This document shows positions 12,545-25,393 of a stretch of DNA of 64,000 bases, piece by piece (within the stretch, counting starts at the first letter, position 1; each line of letters starts with the position of its first letter). The stretch is taken from the NCBI RefSeq assembly GCF_000150275.1, contig NW_002060957.1, positions 124,001-188,000 on the forward strand. The letters run 5' to 3'. A program made the translations under genes and the position numbers. A model generated the notes under the pieces. That model was not told where the DNA came from and ran no database searches. It saw only the letters and a list, made by a program, of their open reading frames with translations. Source of the DNA: Trichoplax adhaerens (Eukaryota > Animalia > Placozoa).

Positions 12545-15500
12545 CTACTTTTTGATAGTTCTCTGCTTTTCAGCATGCTCTACAATCTTCTTTTGAACTA
12601 TCAAACCCTTTCGTGCACGAATTTTATCTACTAATAACCGGGCACGATTTTCAGAATCAGCTTTCTCACCAAAATGCAATATTTCCTCCTCAGTTGTAGG
12701 AACCCAAAACGGATCTGCAGGTATAATCTAAGACAAATAGTAAAAATTTCCAACTATAATGGTTATCTAACGCATATAGATACGACAAAAAAAATAGATA
12801 TTCAACAGATTGTGTAATAAAAATTGACAATATAAAACTTAATCATTTACCTCCCAATTGTTAAAAATTAACTGAGGATTAGCTAAGCCACTTGTTTTCT
12901 TACGGATTTCATCAGTAAAACCAAAACTTTCAGCCACCGGCAAAACTGCTTCGATATTAAATATTGATGATCCTTCTTGCATATCTTCAGATAGAATCTG
13001 CCCATTCCTTCTGCCTAATACTGCATATACTTTTCCTAAAACATCTGATGTAGCATGGATAGTACATTTGTAAGTAGGAACCATTAGTCGAACCGGTTGT
13101 GCCAAAAATGCCCGACGACAGCCGCTTTTAATAGCAGACATTAGTTGACCGGAATTAATACTGATAGATTTTGCACCTAATAACAATTATCATAAGTGGT
13201 TAGCTATGTTCTGCAATCCGTAAGGTTATTAATAGTCATATTTTTGAAAGGGCTGATTACCTTTTCCTTCAGATGCGCTTGAAATTTCATTCTTTGCGAC
13301 ATGAGTTTCATTAGATTCCAATGCCAAATTATCTAGAGCTTCTGACTGGGAGTATCACATAATGATAGCAAAATGAACATTTACATTTGCAGCTCTACGC
13401 ATTAAAACTAAATTATAAACAATAACAATACCGATGACTGGATCGATGGTAGGTACGTCCACTCTTTGATTACAAAGCAAACACCCATCATTGGTTCCTC
13501 ACACAACGGGCCAGCTAATGTGGCTAACTGAAATCCGGTTATAACACTGTTATCAAATTTTCTAAACATATCCTGCTCCACGTTTACCGGACGATCTTGA
13601 GTTACATCCCAAAGAGTGGATCTATTATACGACGTTATTTCATTGACTAGTATATTTGGCCCATAGTTTCTGGGACCAAAACACCAAATTTTGTCCACAA
13701 TATCTTTCCATTCTTCACCAGCAACATTAAATTCTTCCACTAAACTATTATAAAATAGTGCTACTTCTGTCAGTTCACTATCAACGGGCGAAAGGCTGTG
13801 ATCCTTGCGAACAGATTTTGATCCAACAATCGACTTAATAACATCTGCACTTTCATCGAGTAATTTAGTAACATTTGTGGGAAGAGGTTTTGCCTTTACC
13901 ACTAATTTACCTAAATAAAATAGAACCATATGTAATACTTCGTTAATCACAACTATATAGGGTTATAAAGCTGAATTAATCTTGACGTTAATAATTGTAA
14001 TCCTTCGTACATGACTTATCAGATGTAAACACAGTGATAGTTCCGGCATTATTTTCACAATTTGGGTAGTCATAATCCAGTTCTTGTCGTCTCGTAGTAC
14101 TTTGGGTTTCATTACTATCAATTAGTTCGTTAACCATATCGAGTTGAGGTGGTGGAATAATTGTTTCTCTGAATGGGATTATTGGTTCCGAAACAGAAAT
14201 TTCCACTCCAGGAGCAAATCTATCTCAAAAATGCGTGTATATGTGCATGCTTAAAATATATTTAAGAATTAATAGTGCCAACAGCGAAGAGAAGACTATC
14301 TATATTCATCCACAAAAGCGATCACACTTGTAGATTGACATTTGACGGACATTGTGATTATTACCTTTCTCTTAGATCCTTGAGGCAACGATCAAGGTGG
14401 ACTTCACCTGCAGCAACGATAACATGCTCGCCTGATTCTTGAACTAAGGTTTCAACACATGGGTCGGCTTGATTTAAAAGGCGTAAACCATTCGTGAGTT
14501 TTGCTATATCACTGAAGTGAGCAGGTTCAATAGCTACATGGACAATTGGTACAACTGCAAATGGTACTGGCATCAAAGGAGGACAATTAGACGCCGATGA
14601 AATTGTAGCTGATTTAAGAATATGTTTTTCCAAGTTGCCAATACCTAAGCATAATTTTCAAGTTTAGATTCTTATTTCTTAATAAGTATAAACTAAGAAC
14701 TGGTTATCTTAATGTTAGAAATCAATCAGTTAATAAAAAACTATTCATGATATTATATATATATATATATTTTCATGCAACCTAAAATGTTTCCTGCCGG
14801 TACTTCATCTAATAGTTCCAGCTGTCGACCCATCCATAAGTATAAATCGGCAACTTCAAATATGTTTTCACTTATATCATTTCTTGAGGAATTTTCTACA
14901 TTTTCATCTTTACCGGAAATGTAGGGTCTGGCATTATTCTTGCCATAATTTAAAATATGGAGTTTATCACCACGTCTAATTGTGCCGCAAAAAATTCTAG
15001 CAAATGCGATAAATTCGTGATTGCGCTCCTCAAGTGCCTCGGTATCCCCTTGTTTCGTACTCTTTATTTGGCTTTCAGCAGTGTCCTCGTTATTCTTCTC
15101 TACCTTAAGAGTTGTACTGTCTGATTCGTTCTCTGTAGTAACGGGTTCCTGGTCGGCATTATCCACGTTTGTTTCTCGTTTATCCTCAGTACGTTGTTGG
15201 TTCCTATTTGATAAACGTTCTTTAGCTAATGCTCTGCGATGACGAATTTCTTCCATTGTCAAAGTCCTAAAGTATAGTAGTTTCAAAGTACATTAACCTG
15301 TGCTATTGCATTAACATTTGAGCCAGAAAGTTTTGTTTAATACATGGCTTGTATAAGTCAATTTTTATATACTTCGGCTTATTTTGAGGAAGGCAATTCT
15401 TTTCAACAGATACCATTTTCGTTACGTGTAAAATAACGGGTGAATTATCACCAGATTTGCAATGGAGCATAACTAAATAGTTAAAAATATGCAGATACGA

Positions 15501-18500
15501 GTAGATGATACGCAATTAGTAGATTGAAATTTTCGCTTGCGTTAAAAATTAGATTTATTATACCTTCTTTAATTTCTTTTACATTGGCAGATAGTGAGCG
15601 GCCTTGTAACGAAGTGCTACCCATTAATTTTTCTATACGATCGATACTAACACTACACGGAGATGGCAACTTATCGCAAACCATAGCTATACAAAGTAAT
15701 CATTTAAATAACTGCAAGATTAGGGCGCTAAAACAATATGTATAGAAATAAGTTAATGAACAAACTTACACAGTACCGCTTTGGATAGCGGAAGCCACTG
15801 GCTACATACTGCGTAAAGATAAACCCTAGCATCACCATGCCTTGAATCGCGGACCGACACTTTTAAATTTAATGATTTGACAATATTTTCAGACTGGATC
15901 TTATCTCTATAAAAGCGTAGCATGCACTGTTAAGAATAGGTTACAAGAGCTAGTTATACAAATAACGGAATTATCAATAAATCAAAGATCTCTCAGTACT
16001 TTTTAATATAGATAGCATTGTACAGATTCCAAAGATTTTCGAGGATAACTTGGACAAACAATGGTTTCTTCGCCTTAGCCTACAGAGTATCAATAGATCT
16101 TAAGACTTTGCACGCTATATTCCAATTGACAACAAAATAGATGACAACATAATGCTAAATAAAAAGATACAGTATTATACGCTTGATCACTTCATGAACG
16201 TGCCTGAGCCCCTTTCATAATCTTTTTGGTTTTGCTATTTAGGTAGAAATCACCCCATAGTGTCTTATTCATAATCGCTTGACTTACACCAATCTTCTTG
16301 GAAAATATAGCAGCAAAATCAGAGATTCTATTACATAATGATAGTTTATATTAATTATAGTGGTGCTTCAAATCCAAGAGGGCTATTGTGTAAGGAAGGC
16401 ATCATTAATTATTCCCATATGGCATTATCGAGGCCCTACATAGCAGAACATCTACGTTATTTGTATAATACCTGAAGCCCCATCCATCTATAGCACTAGC
16501 GAATACAACATTGCCTTGATCAGGTGAGAAGTACAAAGATGAATCATCGATATCTTCCAAGCCAATGCTCCAGTCATATAACTTATAAATGAATGAAATA
16601 GCTTCACTCTTTAGTACAGTAGTAATTACTTAGACAAAAATTAATAAATTGCTATCTGATTTACATTTTCACCGTTTTCCATCATTGATTTATCTTCCTT
16701 CTTATTTTTCTCATCAACAATCTAATTCCGGGATAGAAGAATTTAAAAGAAAAGGGTTATCTTAAGAAGCATCTAAGAAAGCAAATATAATTTTTTAACT
16801 TTAAACTCAATATCTCCAGTTACCTCAGAATCTTCCATAACTTTTACGGTAAATAATTCACCAGTTAATGCATTAACCTAAAATTTACGTTTTAATCCCT
16901 TGATTTAAAAACTATAATCATATATAATAGCTGCACTTTAGGAAATTACTATAAGTTGCTACGAGATTACGTCTATTTATTGATTTAGCTCCAACAGATA
17001 AAGACGACAGACGAGACTCAATAGCTAGCGTCGCAACTGGCTATCTCCCTGTCTTCAACGAGTGATGAGCATCAACTAAACAACATTATGAAGTAACTCA
17101 ACAAAATAGGTAGATAAACACGTGAAACAGCAGGATTGACATACAGGATCCGAATGCTCGCAAAAATGCAGCACAGCAGTGAGAAACGACATATCACAAG
17201 AGACTAATAGCAGCATGCAATACATACTCAATAAATCTACCTCAAGAATGTGATACTATACGGATATACTTGCCTGCTCTAAAATTTGTTGCAAGCGTAC
17301 GTAAGCCTCCATTGGACTGCATTTTAATTCAGTTATTAGTCTATCGACCTTGTTAATCACCAAACAAGGGCGTATACTTTCCAACCAAGCCTGCCTTAAG
17401 ACAACATGTGTCTAATTTATAAGAGAGATGAACATCTGTTTAATACTAATCAATGTCATTTTATGATCAAATTTTGATTCCATAGCTGCATGACATAGCC
17501 ATAGGTATACAAGTAGTAACTCATGCTGCATCCTCAATTGAATATATATCTATCGCATGAGAATATATCGTATTGGGTTCGGTATCATGATTAGGATATC
17601 TTGATAGATGTATCACAGATTAAAATTGGATCAGAAATCTGATTATAAAATCTATCAATACAAATGTTGCACTCTATGGTACGCTTACTGATCTGCTATT
17701 TGATTTCATACTCTAATTATTACTCAATGTAGAAAATTTTATCGAAACGGATAATAAATCGTACTATTACAGCACATCACTGAAGTGAAAGCAATACAGC
17801 CATAGCAAGCTATACTTATTTACATTTAGGCAACATTTTATCAATTATACCGGCGTTATTATGTACATGCAATAGAATATCTTTCAAATTTTTTCAAGTA
17901 TCAGTCGCATTTACCTGCGGACAAACACCTTCTACAGCATCGACAACAATAATTGCGCCATCACATAATCGGACTGCGGTAGAGACCTCGCTAGAAAAAT
18001 CCACATGCCCAGGTGAATCAATTAAATTGATTAAATAGTCACCACCATCTATAGAAATGTAGAATGTCAACAAGCACCAATAGCACCTTTCATTAATATT
18101 TTTGAGTTTCTATTTCCATGATTTATAATGATATAACATTAATCAATGCAGTAATATATGATTAAAATTTCTTACCACTGTGTGGATAATGCAACGAGAT
18201 TGCACTGGATTTCATAGTAATACCCCGAACTTGCTCGTCTTCCCTGCTATCCATGTACCGGACCTGCACCGATATAAATTCATTTATCATCTATTGCAAC
18301 ATTACCCCACAGTAGAATCATTTACAGCAATATTATCGATTTTTCTAAAGTCTAACAACGATTTGATAATTATAACGAGTGAATGATTTACCTTTCCGGC
18401 CAAACGTGTTGATATGATTCCATTGCTAGCGATTAGTGAATCAGCAAGAGTAGTTTTACCTGCAGGATGAAAGAATTGCTCAATGAATCCCGTAAGTCTA

Positions 18501-19780
18501 CCTCTACCTGTATTACCCTTTTCTTATACTCTCTATTTTAGCCAATTTCATTCAGTTGTAACCCCTTGTATAGCCTAATTTGGGAAACTTGATCTAGACA
18601 TGTACATTGGTACATCGACGTACGAATTACAGTATGTGTATTGGTAGCTTATTTTAGCCTGGCCATATAAGATTTAAGTGAGTAGGTTTCAATCTGACTG
18701 TGTAGAAATGGTATACAACGATACTACAGAAATAAAGTTTAAAGCATATTAGTCGTTTCTAAATATGTCTTTGGACTGCGATCACCAAGGAAATCGATGT
18801 CATATCGTCCTGAGAAATTTAGAATACCAATTGCATGATTGTATCTATTATAGCTAAACGATATCAAGGGAGATTGAATAAGCGTATAAGAGCCATTCAA
18901 AGTATGCTAAACTTAAAACCAGGATCATCAAGGCTATCTAAACTGCAGTATAACCTTAGGAAATTCGAAGTAACTATATTGCAGTTACATGATTGTATAT
19001 ATAACATATACACGTACACCTAGCTAAACGATACCAAATGATGGTGTACATCATACGTAAATGATACCAAGGGAGAAGGAATGCAGCTATCATTTTAAAG
19101 TATACTGAACTTGTGTCACGATCACAAAGGATATCAAAACTACTCTAGTATCATAGAAAATTGGAGAATAGACTGTGTAGTACATCGTATCTATCCGTAT
19201 TAGTATGTACGTAATAGAACTCTATCGCAAAGATATTAATAAGACGAAAAGAATCCTTTCAAGTTCTACTACATCTCAGCCATGGATTGTACTGTACATT
19301 GAACTTGGATATACCAGATTCTATAGAATATTATAAGTGCAATATGATCATAGAAAATTTAGAGTACCTCCTATTTGTAGGACTACTATCTGTAGAACGT
19401 ATAGAAAACACTTTTAATGAAGAAAAACCCTTTCAAAATTCTCTACCGCCGTCATGGAGTATACTGAATTTGGACTACTATGTTTACGCTGACGCAGCAT
19501 CTATACACTGCATTACTACAGAATGAGTCGATCGTATCGTTACTGCATCATCGAAACACTTATGCAAACATGACACAGATAAAATTTGCCCATTTCTTAA
19601 CACATAGAACAAGTATTTCGATCAACAAGCGAAGCAATTGTACAAAGGTGTAAAAGTTGATTGGAATAAATGATTCTTGTCCTACCTACCATGATCAACA
19701 TGGGCCAGAATACAAATATTGCGAATGTTCGAGCTGTTTTTCTGCAATTGAGAAATTTCGTTGGGGCTCACTGTCCTCAT
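12545..19780 (-). CDS. EFL1: Elongation factor-like GTPase 1 (Ria1/EFL1, 60S maturation), multi-exon
   Basis: [30 protein letters not shown]|[130 protein letters not shown]. The long polar insert in domain II distinguishes it from EF2. Confidence 0.96.
16878..17273 (-). other. Non-canonical GC-AG intron in EFL1
   Basis: Exon ...ILEQ ends CAG|GCAAGT. The next exon begins TAG|GTTAATGCA (VNALTGELF), continuing the conserved ILEQ-xNALTG sequence in phase 0. Confidence 0.85.
18850..19500. repeat. Highly degenerate old repeat copies in EFL1 intron 1
   Basis: Recurring fragments TAGCTAAACGATA(T/C)CAA, AAGTAT(G/A)CT(A/G)AACTT, TCATAGAAAATT.GAG and CCTTTCAA..TTCT...CATGGA. Confidence 0.45.
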
Positions 19781-20079
19781 AGCTGCCTTGTATAGTCTAA
19801 TCAATTAGGATAATATCGATTTTAAGCTTGAAAATGATGTAGAACAAGTAGAAAAATGAAATCTTGCGTCGCTACCTTCTACTCTTATAAGCTGGCCAAT
19901 GGCGAAAATTGATGACGTGAGCTCAATTAAAAATTGGGGGCCTTATCCCTCGCCTATACAACATGCCCCAACAGATTCTGTATACTGTCATTACTATAGA
20001 GCAAAAGGTGCTCTATGGTCTAGTCTATAGTAAGATGAAACGTTAGTTTGCACAAGTCCATTCATACCAATTGCAGTGA

Positions 20080-21050
20080 GTTTCTATAGGATCGTCTTAC
20101 GGACAGGCGGGTGGAAGGACAAAACCTGCAGTGCTTGCGTTTTTCCTATCTTGGGCAATTTTAACGGACATATGGGCGGACGGATGGATCAGAATGGCGA
20201 TGCTGGCTGTTTTCCTCGATGGGTTAGATCAGGGACTTCCGGCGACTTTTTCAGATCCTGGTGGGACTATGCAGTACTAATTGCTCTAATATGACTTCCA
20301 AGGCAAAAATTAGTGATCATTCCAGTCACTGACTAAAATCACCCCCTGCACATCCAATAAGGAGACCACAGTAAATGTACCGCCGCTAGCTACATGATGG
20401 CGATGCTAGCTGTTTTCCTCGATAGGTTAGACCAGGGACTTCCGGCGGCTTTTTCAAGTCCTGCAGGGACTATGCAGTACTAATTGCTCTAATATGACTT
20501 CCAAGGGTAAAATTAGTGATCATTCCAGTCGCTGACTAAAATCACCCCCTGCACATCCAATAAGAAGACTACAGTCAATGTACCGCCGCTAGCTACATGA
20601 TGGCGATGCTGGCTATTTTCCTCGATAGGTTAGACTAGGGACTTCCGGCGGCTTTTTCAAGTCCTGCAGGGACTATGCAGTACTAATTGCTCTAATATGA
20701 CTTCCAAGGCAAAAATTGGTTATCATTCCAGTCCCTGACTAAAATCACCCCCTGCACATCCAATAAGGAGACTACAGTCAATGTACCGCCACTAGTTACA
20801 TTATGTTCATCCCCATTTCCCAGGTTATTTTGCAGTGGGTCCGTAGGATTTAGCTGTTTCTGTAACTCCTTTCCTACTATGGTCCACAAGCTGAATAACG
20901 CAAGCATAGCCGTTCTTGTCCGTCAATAAATCGATGCTATAGAGTAAACGTGACTGAAACTCTCCTTCATGTCCATTTAGGGGACATGAGGTCATCAATA
21001 CAACAGTGTTAATGTGTGCCTGAGCTTGACATTCACATTTTCCTTCGATG
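20080..21050 (-). mobile_element. Decayed Tc1/mariner-type transposase remnant (stops, frameshifts, internal deletion)
   Basis: Minus-strand translation, allowing frame changes, gives mariner motifs in the correct order: TSKENV, NVSSGT.INTVV.DDL (HTH), LLTDK, NLGNGDE (IVTGDE, ~20806-20814), SGGTLTVVSLLDVQGVILV (SAGKVMxTVFWDxxGVILV, ~20737-20790), FLP..SN*YC..LQDLKK, ILIH-PSAHMS (LLHDNAPAH), LQVLSFHPP (WEVLPHPP, ~20105-20130). No terminal inverted repeats recognised. Confidence 0.65.
20194..20801. repeat. Tandem repeat, 203 bp x3
   Basis: ATGGCGATGCT(G/A)GCT starts at 20194, 20397 and 20600; copies are highly similar. Confidence 0.95.
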
Positions 21051-21853
21051 TATAAGGAAGGAAATAAAAAAATGTCAAGTTGAAAAAGGATATGAATTCG
21101 CGGTCAGTCAATCACTCCTATACGGCATGCTTCGAGCCGATATGCCTCATTAAATTAGGTTATCAATGCACTAGATCAAGTAAAGTAGCGACATTGATTA
21201 GCACAAATGATAGCAATACGATCCAAGGTTCCGAGAGAATTAATAATTTGTCAATCAATTTTTATCTAGAAGCAAGCTACAGTACATCGCCTATATTCTA
21301 GAAATGAAATGATCAACTGCGAAAACAAGTGCGGTATAATCCATTTTAACTCAAAATTACGGCGGATATACACGTAGTATGGGCACTTGCGGTCAAAAAA
21401 TAACCTGTGAGCCTTGATTCAATTGATTAGATATTCTAATAAATAATTAGGACTAAACGATAAGTATACCTGGCCCGATTCACACTTGACTTACGAGTAT
21501 AACAGGGAAAAGTTGCCAATATTGATGGAGCATTTGTAGACCTACTCAAGGACGTAATCGATACAGTGAACGTTGAAAAAAGGTAATTGAACATTTTAAT
21601 CCTAGTTCTACTACTTCAATAATGATGAATTAGCTCTGTAGTGCTCCACGAAGTCTGCTAGACCGGGTAATCACTCATTTATGAGTAGTTTATCAATTTA
21701 TGACACCATTTAATTTATTAACTCATAAATCCTAATGACTCATGTTCCCTATCGATTAGTAGATGTAGCTACAAATTACCACAAAACTGCTCATTTGCCA
21801 ATGATTAAAACACCTTTATACTAGTAAGAGCAACTGATTTAAACTCAGACACG

Positions 21854-22500
21854 GTAAAATTGCCATTAACGACGCAGCAAATAAGGACACGTTTTTATCG
21901 GGTTAATTCGAAATTGATGCCAGTATAAAGTATGGCGGCGTATTTTTTTTACAAAGTTAAATTGTATCTCTACGATATCCTTCAATTTCAAGTTCATTCC
22001 CGACAAGATTAATCATCAAACTGTCGACATTTTTCCTTTTTTATGTTGTGATACCCAAGTAAAATTGCCATTAACGACACGAATCGTAACGATGCAGCAA
22101 ATAATGACACGTTTTTATCGGGTTGTTTCAAAATTGATGCCAGTATAAAGTATGGCGGCGTATTTTTTTTTTTACAAAGTTAAATTGTATCTGTACGTTA
22201 TCCTCCAATTTCAAGCTCATTCCCGACAAGATTAATCATCAAACTGTCGATATTTTTCCTTTATGTTGTGATACCCAAGTAAAATTGCCATTAACGGCAC
22301 GAATCGTAACGACGCAGCAAATAAGGACATGTTTTTATCGGTTTATTTCAAAATTCATGCCAGTATAAGGCAAAGCGGCATATTTTTTTATTAAGTTAAA
22401 TTGCATCTCTATGTTATCCTTCAATTTCAAGCTTATTTCCGACAAGATTAATCATTAAACTGTCCGATATTTTTCCTTTTTTATGTTGTAATACTCAAGT
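21854..22500. repeat. Tandem repeat, ~205-220 bp x3
   Basis: GTAAAATTGCCATTAAC starts at 21854, 22059 and 22279; each unit ends ...TTATGTTGT(G/A)ATAC(C/T)CAA. Confidence 0.93.
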
Positions 22501-22678
22501 ACACGTGTTAATCGGGTAATATTCTCACATGTTTCGGAGAGGCATGGCTACAGTACTGTATGAAAATTTTAAGGAAGTAATTGCAATGTTATATTGCTAT
22601 TTTTTCTACTTCCCAATAGGTGTACAGTATACTGTACAGTGCTATCGATTACAGTATATTTTAGTAATTTAAGTTAAT

Positions 22679-22960
22679 ATGACAGTATCCTCTTGTCCTG
22701 CTGGAATCTTGGATGATAACTTATGTAGTAAACATAAAGATACTGTACATGAGTTAAGAAAACTGTAGAGCGAATGAATTACTCAGCATAAGTTGTTACG
22801 ATACATTTTAGTAGTCCATGACAGCATCCTCTTGTAGAATCTCACTCCTCTTGTATGGCTAGAATCTTGAATGATAGCGTGCTTACATTACATCAAATTT
22901 AAAAGGTACCGTACTGCAAATTAGTTAAGAAAACGAGAGAGAGAGAGAGAGCAAATTAAC
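22679..22960. repeat. Diverged ~140-bp duplication ending in a (GA)n microsatellite
   Basis: ATGACAG(T/C)ATCCTCTTGT...GAATCTTG.ATGATA...AGTTAAGAAAAC occurs twice; GA run at ~22935-22951. Confidence 0.55.
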
Positions 22961-24101
22961 AACTATCGCAAGCTAAAGTAGCTGCTAAACCATGACAGTA
23001 GGTAAGTAAGGATGATCGCCGCTCACGTTGGTTCGGTGTACCAAGAAACTTTTTAAAAGTACTGGATGCCCAAATCATAAGCGTTGTTAACCTATGATCT
23101 TTATTAGCGTATTCTGAGTAGACTCAGCCTTTAAGAAACTGACTATAACTATCTCATCTATTCAGGGATGATTCCAAGCTTTACTACGATCATCACTTCA
23201 CAGGCTTAAAGAGGATAGAAGGTAAGATTATGCTGCGTAGATATGATATCATAAGTTGCTAAAATCTCTCCATCATAACACATTAGCTGGCTATGATCTA
23301 CACTATCAACTTGCATCAGTGTTTGATGGTACAAGTTAATAGGCCATTTTCTTAATTTGTGCAGGTGTTGAAAGAAATCCCAATGTACTTGATTTGTGCA
23401 GTATACTGTACATCTAGTAAAAAAGTATTCTAAATCTTTTTGTTAATATTTACCGCTGACTAATCACAACAGCTTAGCAATGTTCTGATAGTTTTATTTT
23501 CGTCGCTACGGTAATCAAAGACAGAGATAGGTCCGCTCTTTCTTCTTACAGCAGTTTGTATTGTACTTTTGGGGTATTTGGAAGTTAAAGTAGAACATTA
23601 GTAGAACATACGTAGAACATACGATGTTCTACTACCAACATTCACGATTGAATTAAGCTTTCAAATTGAATCGAATCGGTCAATAGCAGCCGCTAATCCC
23701 ATTCGATGCATAATTGTAACCAGCATAGCTGATCAGAATCAGTATTTCATCTATTGGTAACCTATAATCACACTACTACATGTGTACAGCAATTAGACGA
23801 ATATCAAAGAATGGAGCGGAATTGGTTAGATAGTCTATTAATTTACTTACTTTTCGATAAGCTATCAACTAATTGGTCATGCCAAGAATACAATTCTATC
23901 AGTAGTTCTGCTAGTAAGAATAATTTCTCAGGTAAAAAGTGAAATAATCTTTTATCGACAAAACCATTACGATTTACCAAAGCTATTAATTTATACTTAA
24001 AAATATAACGACATAGAAGAGTTGCTTGATTATTTATTCGTTTCGCTGTTATTCCACCGTGTGTTACACCTATATTCTTACTATAGATAATAAGATCAGA
24101 A

Positions 24102-24869
24102 ATGGCTCAGCCCGATGATAGCAGTACAACAACAAGCAATAACTCCGCAACTTGTAGATTTCAAGATGATTTTGAATTATATAGCTTCGAAATTGTACGT
24201 GCTATGAAACAGAAAGAAAAGAGCTACCATCCTAGCCAATGTCTAAAGTGCCAAATCTACATTACGCCAACTCAGAGAGAAGCATTAATTAGCTCTATGA
24301 TTAATTTATCGCGAAAGCACAACATAAAACGGGATACGCTATTTATGGCTGTCAACTATCTGGATCGATTCTTGAAAGTCGTAACAGTAACAGAAGATTG
24401 CTTCGAATTGGTTGGTCTAACGTGCATGATGATTGCTTGCAAGGTCGAAGAATGTCAGCCACCGAAAATGGAAGAATTCTTAACATCATGCACGCATTAT
24501 TATAAGAAAGCAGAAATGAAACGATTGGAAATAATTATCCTCAATTATATCGATTTCCGATTATCACCACCAATTGCTCCACATTTCCTCGAGTATATCA
24601 TTCATTTTCATCAGCATCACTATCATCAATTCAGCCAGCAAACTTATATCGAATTAGTAAATATAGCAAATCAAGTCCTATTAAAGATACTACCGACTTA
24701 TCGATTTAACCATATTAAATCTTCGATATTAGCTGCTTCCGCCTTCGAGTATGCTAAAATAATTTGTGGTTACGCGACTTCTGTATGCAGTTATCCTTAT
24801 CAAGATAGAGTTACCTTCATTACTATTTCGACTACAGTGGATCATCTTCGAGATTTTTTCGAAAAGTAA
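24102..24869 (+). CDS. CCNO: Cyclin O-like cyclin, intronless, 255 aa
   Basis: Cyclin box TLFMAVNYLDRFL..VTEDCFELVGLTCMMIACKVEECQPP..LEIIIL..F.LSPP...FLE matches the cyclin O signature ([41 protein letters not shown]). The N-terminal EKSYHP..CL resembles ESHFHP..AL. Cyclin identity is secure; the O subfamily call is likely. Confidence 0.75.
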   Translation: MAQPDDSSTTTSNNSATCRFQDDFELYSFEIVRAMKQKEKSYHPSQCLKCQIYITPTQREALISSMINLSRKHNIKRDTLFMAVNYLDRFLKVVTVTEDCFELVGLTCMMIACKVEECQPPKMEEFLTSCTHYYKKAEMKRLEIIILNYIDFRLSPPIAPHFLEYIIHFHQHHYHQFSQQTYIELVNIANQVLLKILPTYRFNHIKSSILAASAFEYAKIICGYATSVCSYPYQDRVTFITISTTVDHLRDFFEK

Positions 24870-25232
24870 ATAATGTTAGAATTGCAAGATAGGATCCATC
24901 CTGTGATTCGTATTAAACCTGAAATGATTACACTCATAACTGAGGTCACTTCGGATCAATGTATATCGCAATTCTATTGGTTCCGATTTCAAAATGGAAA
25001 CGAAAATCACCATTAACGATTAGTAGGTGGATACAAGTAAAGGAAGCATTAAACTTTACAACTTGAATGCATTTTATGCTACTTATTTATTACAGCAGAA
25101 TAGCGCTTAAAAAGCTAATCAATCTAAGCTCTATGTGTTACTTACCGATTATCATAATTTCCCAACCATGGATTAATAATGCTAGAGTCTTACATACTAA
25201 AACGTAATTATAGCAAAATCTCTACGAATAAC

Positions 25233-25393
25233 TGCATTAGTTTGTTATACCTGTAACCCTAAATGTTATTGTGGATTAATATTACTTCAAATTTAGACGT
25301 TGTATGATTTATTGCATTAGTTTTTTATACCTGTAACCCTAAATGTTATTGTGGATTAATATTACTTTGAATTTAGACGCTGTATGATTTATT
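25233..25393. repeat. Tandem duplication, 80 bp x2
   Basis: TGCATTAGTTT.TTATACCTGTAACCCTAAATGTTATTGTGGATTAATATTACTT...TTTAGACG.TGTATGATTTAT at 25233 and 25313. Confidence 0.9.

Noticed and set aside
20296-20312. Sm-site-like AATTTTTG on the minus strand of the 203-bp repeat (snRNA or SL RNA array)
   Set aside because: No snRNA or SL features around it, it is altered in copy 2, and the transposase reading explains the unit better.
21960-22060. Minus-strand LGIT...NELEIEGYRRD resembling a LINE (CR1/L2) endonuclease motif in the ~215-bp repeat
   Set aside because: Motif spacing is wrong, the other two copies break it, and no further LINE motifs flank it; too weak without an HMM search.
25250-25345. 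Telomere-like or telomerase-template-like TAACCCTAA
   Set aside because: One occurrence per 80-bp unit, with no array or supporting structure.
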